A stretch of 64,000 nt of DNA, from assembly GCF_009914755.1 (NCBI RefSeq), contig NC_060948.1. The stretch is one strand, 5' to 3'. This stretch comes from the human T2T-CHM13v2.0 reference genome, Homo sapiens. The position numbers were made by a program, and so were the translations under genes. Each line of letters starts with the position of its first letter. Within the stretch, counting starts at the first letter, position 1. Shown piece after piece: positions 1 to 10,659 of the stretch. The notes beneath the pieces are model-generated. The model had not been told where the DNA came from. It made no database searches and worked only from the letters and a program-made list of their open reading frames with translations.

Positions 1-85
1 TCATCTGGAACTCCTGAGTGCAGGCAATCCTCCCACCTCAGCTTATCAAAGTGCTGGGATGACAGGTGTGACCCATGGCCCTGCC
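1..85 (-). mobile_element. Old Alu (AluJ-like), portion cut by the window edge
   Basis: GAACTCCTGAG...CAATCCTCCCACCTCAGC...CAAAGTGCTGGGAT.ACAGGTGTGA is an antisense Alu left arm; the full copy is visible at 20055-20360. Confidence 0.85.
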
Positions 86-230
86 ATGGCTTTGTGTTTT
101 TTGCTTTTTTCTTCCTCCTCCTCACGTCTTGTTTTGAAACATGCACTGAAGGTTTCAATTCATGGACTATAGTCTCTGTGCCTGGAATTTCTATCTTTCA
201 ACTCATCATCAGCATTCATTGGGATTTTCA

Positions 231-362
231 TATATATATACACCTATATAAGAATACCTATGTACACACATATATACGTATATACATGTATATACGTATA
301 TATGCACATTTATATACGTATATACATGTATATACGTATATATATACATGTACACATATGTA
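231..362. repeat. (TA)n plus TATACG/TACATG alternating purine-pyrimidine tract
   Basis: Seen directly. The leading TA run is 5 units (+CA) here, 22 at 20506-20549, 19 at 40833-40870 and 6 at 61165-61176. Confidence 0.9.
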
Positions 363-499
363 TTTATTTCTCAAGTTACGAAACGGCTTGCATTCTTTCC
401 TGTGTCATGAAAAAGACTTTGCTAGAAAAGAAAAGCACTGCTTTATAATAAAATATTTTATTTGCATTTATTTTGTTAAGGCATTTTAAAAATTGTATG

Positions 500-2230
500 T
501 TTGTTTAAAAAATGTCATATGAAATGATACATATTTACAACTTAAGGCGTGATGTTCAACAGGTCATATACATTATGCATTGGATACATCCAGCCAATCA
601 ACATATGTGTGACCTCACATAGTTGTCATTTTTGTTGTGAAAAAACTTGACCTGCACTGTATTCGAATATTTTTAGAGAAAGAATATGTTACCACTAGTT
701 ATAGTGAGCATGCTGAAGAAAATATTTTTAACCTATTCCTCCTTTATAACTAGAAGTATGAGTTCTTCATCCAGCATCTCGTCAGTGCACCCTCTTCACC
801 GCAGTCATTGGAGTCACTACTTCTGTGAAGTCCGCTTTTTTGATTTCATATAAGAATGAGATCATGTGCTACTTTCCTTTCTGATACCTGGCTTATGTCA
901 CTTAACAGAATGGCATGCACACATTCAGCAGATTCCCACACATTCTCACAACTGGCAGGATTTCCTGATTTCTTATTGCAGCGCATATTTCCGTTGCGCA
1001 TATGCGTTTTTGCCCCATTTTTTAATCCACTTATCAATGGAGGGACTCTCAGGTTGCTTCCGCATTTTGGCTACAGCAAAAATGTAATGAGTGCAGCAAT
1101 AATTGCATGGGTGCGCGCACCGCTTCAACATACTGATCTGTGTACTGGCGGGCGTGCCCGGGTATTCTGATTTGCTGGATCATATAGTGGGTGGTTCTAC
1201 TTGTAGATTTCTGAAGGCTGTTTATACTTAAATAAGAGCCATAAAGCTTCTTTAATGCCAGCACTAATTTACATTCTCCCCAAAAGTGAGCAGGGAATTC
1301 GTTTTCTCTGCCTCCTCACCAGAGATTAGGGTTTTCTTTTCTTTCTTTTTTTTTTTTTGTTTGTTTGTCTTTCGGATAATATGCATTCTGACTGAAGTGA
1401 GAAGAAATCTCATTGTGTTTTTGATTTGCATTTTCGTGATGGATTGGGGATAATGAGGAATTTTTAGTGTGTCTTCTGGGCAACTGTATGTCTCAGTTTC
1501 ACAAATGAGTCTTCGCAGCCTTCGCCCATTTGTTTTCATGCTATTGAGTTGTTGGGAGTTCCTTATGTACTGTGACTATTCCCCCATGAACAGATGTATG
1601 GTGATCCAATCATTGCTCCCATCCTGTAGGATGCCCCTTCTGTATGTTGAGTTTTCTATGGTGTGGTGAAGCACTTTAGTTTGATATGATTCCATTCTCT
1701 ATTTTTGATGGTGTTTACTGTGTTCTTGCAGTCACTTTGAGACCATCATTGCACACACGGACGCCATGGAGCTTCTTCCTTGTGATCTCTTCTGCTATTT
1801 TTATCGTTTCACATCTGACACTGGAGTTTGGTGATAAATAATCCACTTGTAAAATCCTTTGTGTGGCTATTCAGATTTCCCCAACCTAGTTTATAGAAGA
1901 TACTTGATTTTGCATTGGGCGTTCTTGCTTCTTTGGGAAAAGGCTGTGAGCTGCAAATGCAGTGACTTAGTTCTGGGCTCCTGTTGTTTTTCCTAAGCTC
2001 TAGTCTCTGCTTTTCTGCCAGTGCTATTGTATTTTGGTACAAAAAGTTTTGTAGTAGTATATCATGAAGTTAGGTAGTGTGGTGGCTCCAGCTTTGTGCT
2101 TTTTACTGGATTGCTCTGGGTTTTCAGGATCTTCTGCCATTTCATAGCAAATTTGGGATTCCCAGATTGTTTTTCTAAGAAGAATGTGTCATTGATATTT
2201 TTACAGGGGTTGTATAGAATCTGAGGATGA
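500..2230 (-). mobile_element. Degenerate LINE-1 3' fragment (ORF2 C-terminus and 3' UTR)
   Basis: Minus-strand peptides ITKMQIKNTMRFLLTSVRMHIIRK and YQN...SSIFYKLGWGN match L1 ORF2p C-terminal motifs (IREMQIKTTMRYHLTPVRMAIIKK; WYQN...DSLFNKWCWEN). Boundaries are approximate. Confidence 0.85.
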
Positions 2231-2289
2231 CTCAGGTAGTAGTGATGTCAATGCCGTTTAGACAATGTGCGTGTTTGTGTGCACAAGCT

Positions 2290-3720
2290 CAGGGCCAAGA
2301 GACACTGGGTGTCCTCACCAATACTGAGGTGGGCCTTAATATCCAGCCAGATTGCCTTCTGGAAACACACGGAATGTCCTGTTCTGTTTTGCCATCTCTT
2401 CACATTTCCTCCCCTGTGAGCCCTGTGTGGTCCTCCAGATTCCCTGTGCGGTGGCCTGCCTTTTTTGGGGTGGGGAGTTGCTGGGTGAATGAGGATGGCG
2501 GAGGGAACCAAGCATGTCAGTGGAGCGTGGTGTCATCCAAACGGTACTTAGCAGGCCTGGGAGAGTCATTCTGGGAGGACGCAGACCTAGAGAGGCCTCA
2601 GGTGGGCATCTGTGTGGAGGGTGAGAGATCCCTGGTTGAGCCCAAACTGAACCCCAGGTAGAAGCAAGCCTCAGGACAGGGAAGTAGCTAGCAAGGGATG
2701 ATGAGGCAGCTATCTCTTGACCCTGGCTTCCCACCCATTGACCTTAGCTACTTATGCCTATTAAGCAGATTACGGTTCCCCCATCGTGAAATGTGGGTAC
2801 CACAGTTCCCTGATGGGCATTTCTCCACCAGCCCATGATGGCCTGAGTTTCCTTACTGCAGTCTCCTCCCTGAGCCTTGGCTTCTCTATGTGTGTCCTAA
2901 CTCCAGGACCCACAGGCCTGTCAACCCCCAGCCCTGGGCTGCTTCCCTGGCCTCTTCTCTGTTCCCTCTCTGAGGGCCTAACTCCCTTGGGTAGTGCTGC
3001 AGAATATAGAGCCACAGGCCCTGGCTGATGATCTGGTGGACTGGGCAAATTGGTCGTGACAGGTCAGGTTCTGGTTCAAAGCCAATTCCTCCGATGCCAA
3101 GGAATGTCGAAGAAGGTCCTTTGCCATGATGCCCCATAGCTGCCCCACCTCAGCAATCGTGCCGTAACCTGGGCCCTCACAGTCAGACAACCAGCTGAAG
3201 AAGCTCAGGCAGTGACCTGCGGGAAACTCGGGCTTTCACCTGCATGACCCTAGAACCACTGGACTGCAGTGGAGCCAGTCGCCCTGTATCCTGGAGGGAG
3301 ACGAGTCAGGAAGGCGCACGCCAGGCCCAGCTCCCGAGGTACTACCCCCTGTACTCCTCAGGGAGGATGCCAACGCAATACTCCTTAGTCATCACTTTGT
3401 TTCCGAAGTAAATGTTGTGATGAAAGGCAAACTTCTTCCTACCCCTTGTATTCAGGGTGGCCGAGTTCCTCCACCTGCCTGTCCAAGAAGGAGAAACAGG
3501 GCTGTGAAGGGGCAATTTCATCTAGGTGGGCTGAGGTGGCATTCTAGCCGGGGTGAAGCATGCGTTTCCCCTTCCCAGCTTTCCCGCTGAGACACACCTG
3601 AGCCCCAGAAGGACCTCAACCTGACCAGGACCTTAGCACCCTCCCCCAGACCCAGGCTTTCCATCCTGACCTGCAAATCCAACATGCAGCTTTGAAGGAC
3701 TTTCTCATGGTTTCTGAGCT
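2290..3720 (-). pseudogene. TSPY-family relic B (unprocessed, exons 2-5 homologs, disrupted), unit 1
   Basis: Exon 2 end ..HEKVLQSCMLDLQ|gtcagg at 3671; exon 3 3474-~3362 VEELGHPEY../FAFHHNIYFGNKVMTKEYCVGIL; exon 4 3290-3149 YRATGSTAVQWF*../LSFFSWLSDCEGPGYGTIAE|gt; exon 5 from 3032 IISQGLWLYILQHY. Contains stops and frameshifts. Confidence 0.88.
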
Positions 3721-5765
3721 CCTTGCTCTCACCAGAAAGAATCAGAACTTTTAAAGTGTTCTTTATGCCAACTTAAATTTTTCATTTTTACTACCTCATG
3801 TTTTGGATGAGGCATGTATTTTTAAATTTATTTTCACCCTTATTGTACCTCTATGATAAACTGCTTGCTTACATTCATACCGTAATTATCTCTCAGGTTA
3901 CTTGTCTGTTCCTAAAGATTCACTGAAACGAAGAATTCTATATATGCTTGTATCTTTCAGCAACCGTATGTCAGATAGCACTGCACATTACTGCAGACAT
4001 CGCATATACAGGTCCAAAGGTAGAGGAAGAAGAAGAAAGCAAGCGTTAAACTCTATTCATTCCTAAAAGCATATCAGAAACTCACAAATAACAGTGAAAT
4101 CAAAGAATGATCACAGCCAATTCCATTACATACCTAGACTGAAATACGAAACTTCAAAGAAAAGAAACATTAGAACTTTGGGTTTGTAAAAATTTTCCTA
4201 TATAGATAAAATTATTGGTAACTGTGTCTCACTAGAAAACGTAAACAAAAATCCATGTTTTTCATATTTGTAAATATACATAGTTTTATTTCCATCAGTT
4301 ATGACATGCAAGCAAGTAATAAAGTGAAAGTACAATCAAATGATATATGGAACTTCCTCAGTCTTAAAATATTCCATGGAGACTATCAATTTTATGAAAA
4401 CTATAAAGAATGCTTCATGAAACTACATTGTACAGTGCCATTTACTATTTTACTGACATTTTAAATAATCAACAATTAAAGGGAATACGTCAACATTATT
4501 TAATACCAATAACGTTATTTTTCTTGAGTAATCCTGTTGAAATTAAGGATTTTAAATAAAACATTAAAAACAAATTATATTGACTGATTTCAGCTTTGGA
4601 TGAAATCATACTTGTGTATTTGTAGTAATGCGAAGCATAACTTTCTCCTCACAATTAATCTTTTATAACATCGGTGTTATAGTTTTCTCTGACACCAACA
4701 TTGTGATATCGCACAGGTTTACTGCATGCATGCATTACATGCCTCCAGAGAGTAGGCTTCAAATATATGGAAAAATTATATTTATGAAAAAATTCTAGGA
4801 AAGGGAATGGTGAAATGGAAGAGAATTTCTCACTTGCTAACTGTTGGACATGGATTTGTATATATTTGGATATAGACACATACTGGCACACTGTGAGTTT
4901 GCCCATGTATATATACACTTATATGAGAAACCCATAATATATGGGTTGTGTAATCTTTTAATTAATCCATAATTGTATGTGTGTGAAATTAGATAAGCGG
5001 TTACCTTTTCTTTACTCAATTTGATGGAAAGCCAAAAAACTCTGTCCACCTTCATTTCAATTAATCCAATACTGTTAACTGCTGGTAGCTTCATTCTCCT
5101 TGTTCTCTTACGGCAACCGGAAAGTTAATTCTCGCTCTAATTTGGCTTTCAAGGTGCGATCAACAAGAGTGTCACCTTGCTGTGGATTGTGACCTCTGAC
5201 TCCACCTCTGTCTTCCTTTTGCAGTCCTACCTTTGCATAGGTAACAAACTTTGTACATGGTTAAAAGGATAAAAGTTCAGTGAAATGTCAAGCCATGCTG
5301 TGAAATGTTCCATAGTTTCTATATCTCTAATTGTCCTTTGATGTTATAGAGGCAAGAAAAATAATTCAATGTTTTTCTTAGTATCTAGTCCAATGCACGC
5401 TTTCTTCATAATACTGCAAACAAGGCACTGACATGGAAACGTGGCTGGACGTCTCAAAATCTCTTCTCATTAATTACCATTATGTTAATCACTGTTGCCC
5501 ACAACTGGAATTGGACTTTGAAATCCCCTGGTGGAAATTGCTATAATGGCTCAAACTACTGGAAAGACTATCTTTTTTTTACCTGAAAATATCTGATGAG
5601 CATAGACGTATGCTATATACAGGAACATATTGTACATTAACAACATACCATCACTGCCACTCAATAATAGGTATCCCAAACCTTTGAGCCAAACTGAGCT
5701 CGGGTGCTCCCACAAACCAAGCTTTTCCCTCCACAGATTTCTTATGTCAAAAAGCCACAACTCCA

Positions 5766-6069
5766 GGCCAGGCTTCGTGGCTCTTGTTGTAATTTCTACA
5801 TTTTGGGAGGCCGAGGTTGGTGGGTCACTTGAGGTCAGGAGTTGGAGACCAGCATGGGCAACATGGCAAAAAGCTGTCTCTACCAAAAATACAAAAATTA
5901 GCCAGACCTAGTGGCACTTTCCTGTGGTCCCAGCTACTTGGGAGGCTGAGGCAGGAGAACCACCTGAACATGGGTGGCAGAGATTGTATAGTAAGCCAAG
6001 ATCAGACTACTGCACTCCAGCCTGGATGACACAGCGAGACCATGACTGAAAAAAGAAAAAAAAAAAAAT
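5766..6069 (+). mobile_element. Alu, full length
   Basis: GGCCAGGC..GTGGCTC..TTTGGGAGGCCGAGG..TACAAAAATTAGCC..GCACTCCAGCCTGG then poly(A); imperfect TSD AAAAGCCACAACTCCA / AAAGGCAACTCCA. Confidence 0.93.
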
Positions 6070-6117
6070 AAAGGCAACTCCACTCGTCCACTGGCTTAGG
6101 TAAAAAGTACTGGAGTT

Positions 6118-6435
6118 GGCTGGGCTCGGTGGCTCACACCTGTATTCCCAGCACTTTGGATTTTGGGAAGCTGAGTCGGGCGGGTCACCTGAGATCTGTA
6201 GTAGGAGAGCAGCCTGGCCAACATGGTGAAGCCTGGCTTCTACTAAAAATACAAAACATTAGCTGAGCGTGGTGATGCATGCTTGTAATCCCAGCTACTG
6301 CAGAGGCTGAACCTGGGAGGCGGAGGATGTGTTGAGCTGAGATCCTGCCACTGCGCTCCAGCCTGGTCTACAGAGCGAGAGTACCCTGTGAGAAACAAAG
6401 GTGAAGAGAACAAGAAAAAAAAAATGAGAAAAATA
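6118..6435 (+). mobile_element. Alu, second tandem element
   Basis: GGCTGGGCTCGGTGGCTCACACCTGTA.TCCCAGCACTTTGG...TACTAAAAATACAAAA..TTAGC...GCTCCAGCCTGG with a decayed A-rich tail. Confidence 0.92.
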
Positions 6436-6530
6436 AGACCCACTGCAAAAGGTTGCCACAGAAAAGATTAAACATTTCAGCAACTTCTATCTTCTGTCAT
6501 GGAAGCCAAGGTTATTTGGACCAAACCTCC

Positions 6531-6883
6531 TGTCTTAGTTCATTTTCACGCTGCTGAAGAAGACATACCTGAAACTGGGAATAAAAGGAGGTTTAATTGG
6601 ACTGACAGTTCCACATGGCTGTGGAGGCCTCAGAATCATGGTATACGAATAAAGGCACTTCTTACATGGCAATGCCAAGAGAGAATGAGGAAGAACCTGA
6701 GGCAGAAACCCCTGAAAAACCCATCAGATCCCGTGAGACTTCTTCACTGTCACAAGAATAGCATGAGAAAGACCGACCCCCATGATTCAATTACCTCCCC
6801 CTGGGTCCCACCCGCAACACGAGGGAATTCTGGGAGATACAATTGAAGCTGAGATTTGAATGGAGACACACCAAACCATGTCA
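6531..6883 (-). mobile_element. THE1-type (ERVL-MaLR) solo LTR
   Basis: Termini TGTCTTAGTT...CCAAACCATGTCA, ~350 bp, internal CAGTTCCACATGGCTG.GGAGGCCTCA.AATCATGG and CCCCCATGATTCAATTACCTCCC; near-perfect 5-bp TSD CCTCC/CTTCC. Confidence 0.88.
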
Positions 6884-7369
6884 CTTCCCAAACAATTAAA
6901 AATTCCCAATAGAAGAAGCATTAATTATATCAAAAAGTGGTGGACCAAGAAGGAACTATTAGCCTCATATCTCAAGAAAGACTCCAGTCAAGGCCTAGGG
7001 ACTACTCATGAAAAGAGTTTAATAGCCGACTCTCTCCCAGTGGATCTGGATTCCACCGGACTGTATCTTCACAGTAAGGGTGAAACAGAAGCAAACCCAT
7101 TCCTATTTCCAAGCTCAAGGAACTTTGGTCAAAGTTCTCTTGGAGCTGAGCAGAACAAGGAGGCAAACAGAAAAGATTTGTGTCCCTGAGAAGTCATGGC
7201 CACAGGCTGGCTATCACACAGATTGTCAAGCCAGTTCCATATTGCATGGGTATTACAGAAAATCTCAAAACATAAATTTGTGTGTGGGTTGTCCCAGAGT
7301 AGCAGGATCTGGCAGAAGGAAATTTCCTTCTAACCCTCAAAGAATCCACATAAATCTTGTTACATTTGG

Positions 7370-8300
7370 GATTTTACGATTTGCTTCAGGAATGAGAATG
7401 GCCTTAATTTTCATATCTTTTTCTACACTCAGTTTATGGCTTGTTGGCGTCAAAGTTCTGCTTGCTTCACACAATGAGTTTAGGATTTTCCCTTTTTTAT
7501 TCTATAGAATTCTTCATATATATTGAAATGCTCTGCCTGGGGAAAAAAATCTGAGCCTAGCGTTTTATCTCTAGGAAGAATCCTTTATTTCCTTGAACAT
7601 TTATGAGACTATACAGATTATATATGTCTTCTTGTATCAATTTTACTAAGCTATATACATAGCTTATGTTTATATATTATATATATAAATGTAAGATACA
7701 AATATAAAAATTATGTATAAATATGAAAATATATATAGAAAGCGATATATATGTCTATATATATAGACAGATTATAAATATCTGTCTATTTGATCTAAGT
7801 TTTCAAATTTGTAGGTTAAGGTGTTAACGATATTTCCTTATTAGCTTCTTAATCTATGCTGTATCTATGGTTGTGTACCTTTTAAATTCTTAGTTTTATC
7901 TATGTTTTCTCCCTTTTTTTCTAAACTTGACTGACGGTTGCATCATTTATTATATTTCTCCAACAAGCAAAGGTTAGCTTTGTATGTTTTACTAATTTTG
8001 TCTACATCATTATTCCCACACTTTAGTTTTTCAGAATTGATTCTGTTGTTTCTTTTCTAATTCTTTATTGAAATATCTAGTACATTAATTTTCAAGTTAT
8101 TAGAGAAATATTTGTCTGTAAACTCCTATTGTAATATCACTTTTCTTGCTACTCACAGATTTAATCTTTAATATTGGCGGTATCATTGAGTTCTAAGTAC
8201 ATTTCAATTCCTAGTATGATAATCTATGAATTGCTGAGAAATAGTGTTTACAATTTTGTTGTTCTATTTCCACTTAAGTTTATTTTTACTTCTGCTAACT
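7370..8300 (-). mobile_element. Very old L1 fragment (probable)
   Basis: T-rich sequence resembling antisense L1 ORF2 (GCTTCACACAATGAGTTTAGGA..., ATCTGAGCCTAGCGTTTT), interrupted by an AT-rich low-complexity tract; similarity is weak. Confidence 0.5.
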
Positions 8301-8329
8301 CAATTGAAAATTCTTTACTAATTTTTAAA

Positions 8330-8446
8330 ATCCTTGAACCCAAGAGATGGAGGTTGCAGTGAGCTGAGATCAGGCCACTGCATTCCAGACTGAGTGACAG
8401 AGTGGAACGAGATTTCAAAACAAAACAAAACAAAACAAAACAAAAC
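8330..8446 (+). mobile_element. 5'-truncated Alu right arm with (AAAAC)n tail
   Basis: CTTGAACCCAAGAGATGGAGGTTGCAGTGAGCTGAGATC...CACTGCATTCCAG.CTG.GTGACAGAG; also at ~28621 and ~48957. Confidence 0.85.
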
Positions 8447-9999
8447 AGTCACTGGAAAGATAATAAAATACATAAATGTGGGATGTAATATGTAATCGTG
8501 ATAAAATAAACTGGATTTTTTGTATAAGTTATACATATAAATGTAATGCCAAGACACTGATAAGACAACTCATGGTCTTATCTCAATACTTAGTGTCTTC
8601 ATGTAACATATGTCCTTTAGGATAGTTATAGTCCGTTTTCTTTCCAGGAGAGACAGATGAGAATGCAGAAATGTTAAAGTGCAAGGGACGGAAGCTTCCA
8701 GCTGTGCCCACCTGTAACCTGACGTAGACAGTTCCACCGTTTGCTTCATTAATCATGCCAAAGGCTCTAATGCAAATGTGGTACAGAGTCACATGTTTTT
8801 GTATCTACATGATAGAAACTATAACTTCATCCCTATATAGAAGGGTATATAGCATATGCCTCAGTGATAAATATAAGTGAATCATTGATCAGTAGGAAAC
8901 CATTTTAAAAGTCTTTCATAACAGAACAAAATCCCTGAAAACATTTTCTTCTCAATCTCTGAGTTTTCTTACACGGCTTATGAATCTCTAGCCATACTAA
9001 AGAGATAGTATGCTGCTCTTCCCACAAATTATTCATTGTATATAATTCCTGTAATCTAATAACAGTACCTTTACACCTCAGGGTTTAAAATGACTCCAAC
9101 CTTTTTCTGTTTCTCCAATTAAAATAACTTTTTTAAGGTTTAATCTTCAGTAATTTTTTGTAGTAATATTTTTGAAGGTATTTGACCAGGATGATTTGCT
9201 TATATACCTACCTGACGTCTCCCTTTCTTCTGAATACATATTTTATTACCCACCTATTAGATCTAAGTTTAAGAAGTTGGAATAGGGATTTAAATCTAAA
9301 TTCTACATTTGAATTTACAGGAGTCAGCGAGTCCGGGAAGTGCCTTTATGCACAGACCAATATCTGGCAATGGCACTAGGAGACAAATAAGCTTTACCAG
9401 TCTCAAAGCCCTGGCTACTACAGTGAATCCACCCTTCTCCTGGATCTTATCTACTTCAGCAAAAGAAGGCCACCCACTAAACCAGGCCCTTGTACTTTGG
9501 GTGGAAACTCCTAAGTCCTCTAGTCTCCTCAAACAGACAGCCAGGCTGCCAATTTCCACAATAATAATTTCTATAGCACTGAGTCTTTGGTAGCCTTGTA
9601 ACTATAGCTACTGATGCTACAGTCTGGTCCCTGTATGATAAAACACCAGAGCAACAGAAACAAAAATATTGACTGAAGCCTTCTAAAATCTCTCTAAATA
9701 TACCTTCAATAAATATGGTTTTTTTTACAGAACGACTGCTTTCAGCTTCCTGAACTAACGCTTGGCCTTCGCTAGTTGTCACTGTTGAAATTGATTCAAA
9801 AGTGTACCTTTAACATGAAAGTCAACACAGAATTTCATGTGTCAGCAACTAAAATTTTCAAAATGTTGCAAAATACAAATGTGAAACTGTATTTGTGAAA
9901 TTTACCATTCATTGAAATTATATTTTCATACCTACCCAGGCACAGAATTTTTTATAACTGTCTGCATGTTCTCCTCATGTGGGGGAAAAGCAGCATCAG

Positions 10000-10105
10000 C
10001 AGGCAGAGGAATCCTTTGAAGCTGGAGGGAGAGGTTGCAGTGATCTGAGAGTTTGCCACTTGACTGCAGCCTGGATGACACAGTGAGACTCCAACTGAAA
10101 AGAAA

Positions 10106-10136
<31 letters not shown>

Positions 10137-10202
10137 CCAAAATTGATAAGTAAAAAAAAAAATCCATATTCGAAAACATGCTCACAGGCTAACTCCCATA
10201 TC

Positions 10203-10240
<38 letters not shown>
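10000..10240 (+). mobile_element. Alu right-arm fragment followed by two (CA)n microsatellites
   Basis: GGCAGAGGAATC.TTTGAA..GAGGTTGCAGTGA.CTGAGA..CAGCCTGGATGACACAGTGAGACTCC, then (CA)n at ~10108-10137 and ~10205-10240, length-variable between units. Confidence 0.8.
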
Positions 10241-10243
<3 letters not shown>

Positions 10244-10659
10244 TCCTTGAAAACGAAAGTTCCACAAGGGCAAAACAAGAAAACAAATTTAACACCCCCC
10301 AAAGAAAGTACAAAGAGTAACCTCAAAAGAACCGCAGGGGAAAACAATTCAAAATTTACAAGTATCTACCCTAAAAGAAGCTGAAAGTCCCTCAAAAACT
10401 TTCCAGAGGCCATGTCCTTGTATTACAAAAATGATCATAAAAACTGGCAGGAGTAGACGAATAGAAATGCATCTTAAAACTTGCCGAACACTTCAAGTCT
10501 CCCATAAGAATTGTAATGGAAAATGGATCAGTCGGCAGTTTTTTCCATACAATTATGAACAAATTATATTTCTTCATACATAGATTTGTTTTTTCAATAT
10601 TCTAAGGAATTAACTTTTATATTAATAGTAGGTGATGTAAGAAAGCAGGCCTTTATCAA

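Noticed and set aside
94-489. 131-aa YIYT-rich ORF and its 165-170 aa counterparts in other units
   Set aside because: Translation of the TA/TACG microsatellite and Alu sequence; the frame changes with repeat length between units.
5159-5173. 15-bp inverted match (GACACTCTTGTTGAT) with 18037-18051
   Set aside because: No extension on either side by eye; one 15-mer match within a 20-kb unit is roughly expected by chance.
6499-7526. Run of 109-148 aa plus-strand ORFs identical or nearly so in all units
   Set aside because: They overlap the THE1 LTR and old repeat sequence; conservation reflects array homogenisation, not coding constraint.
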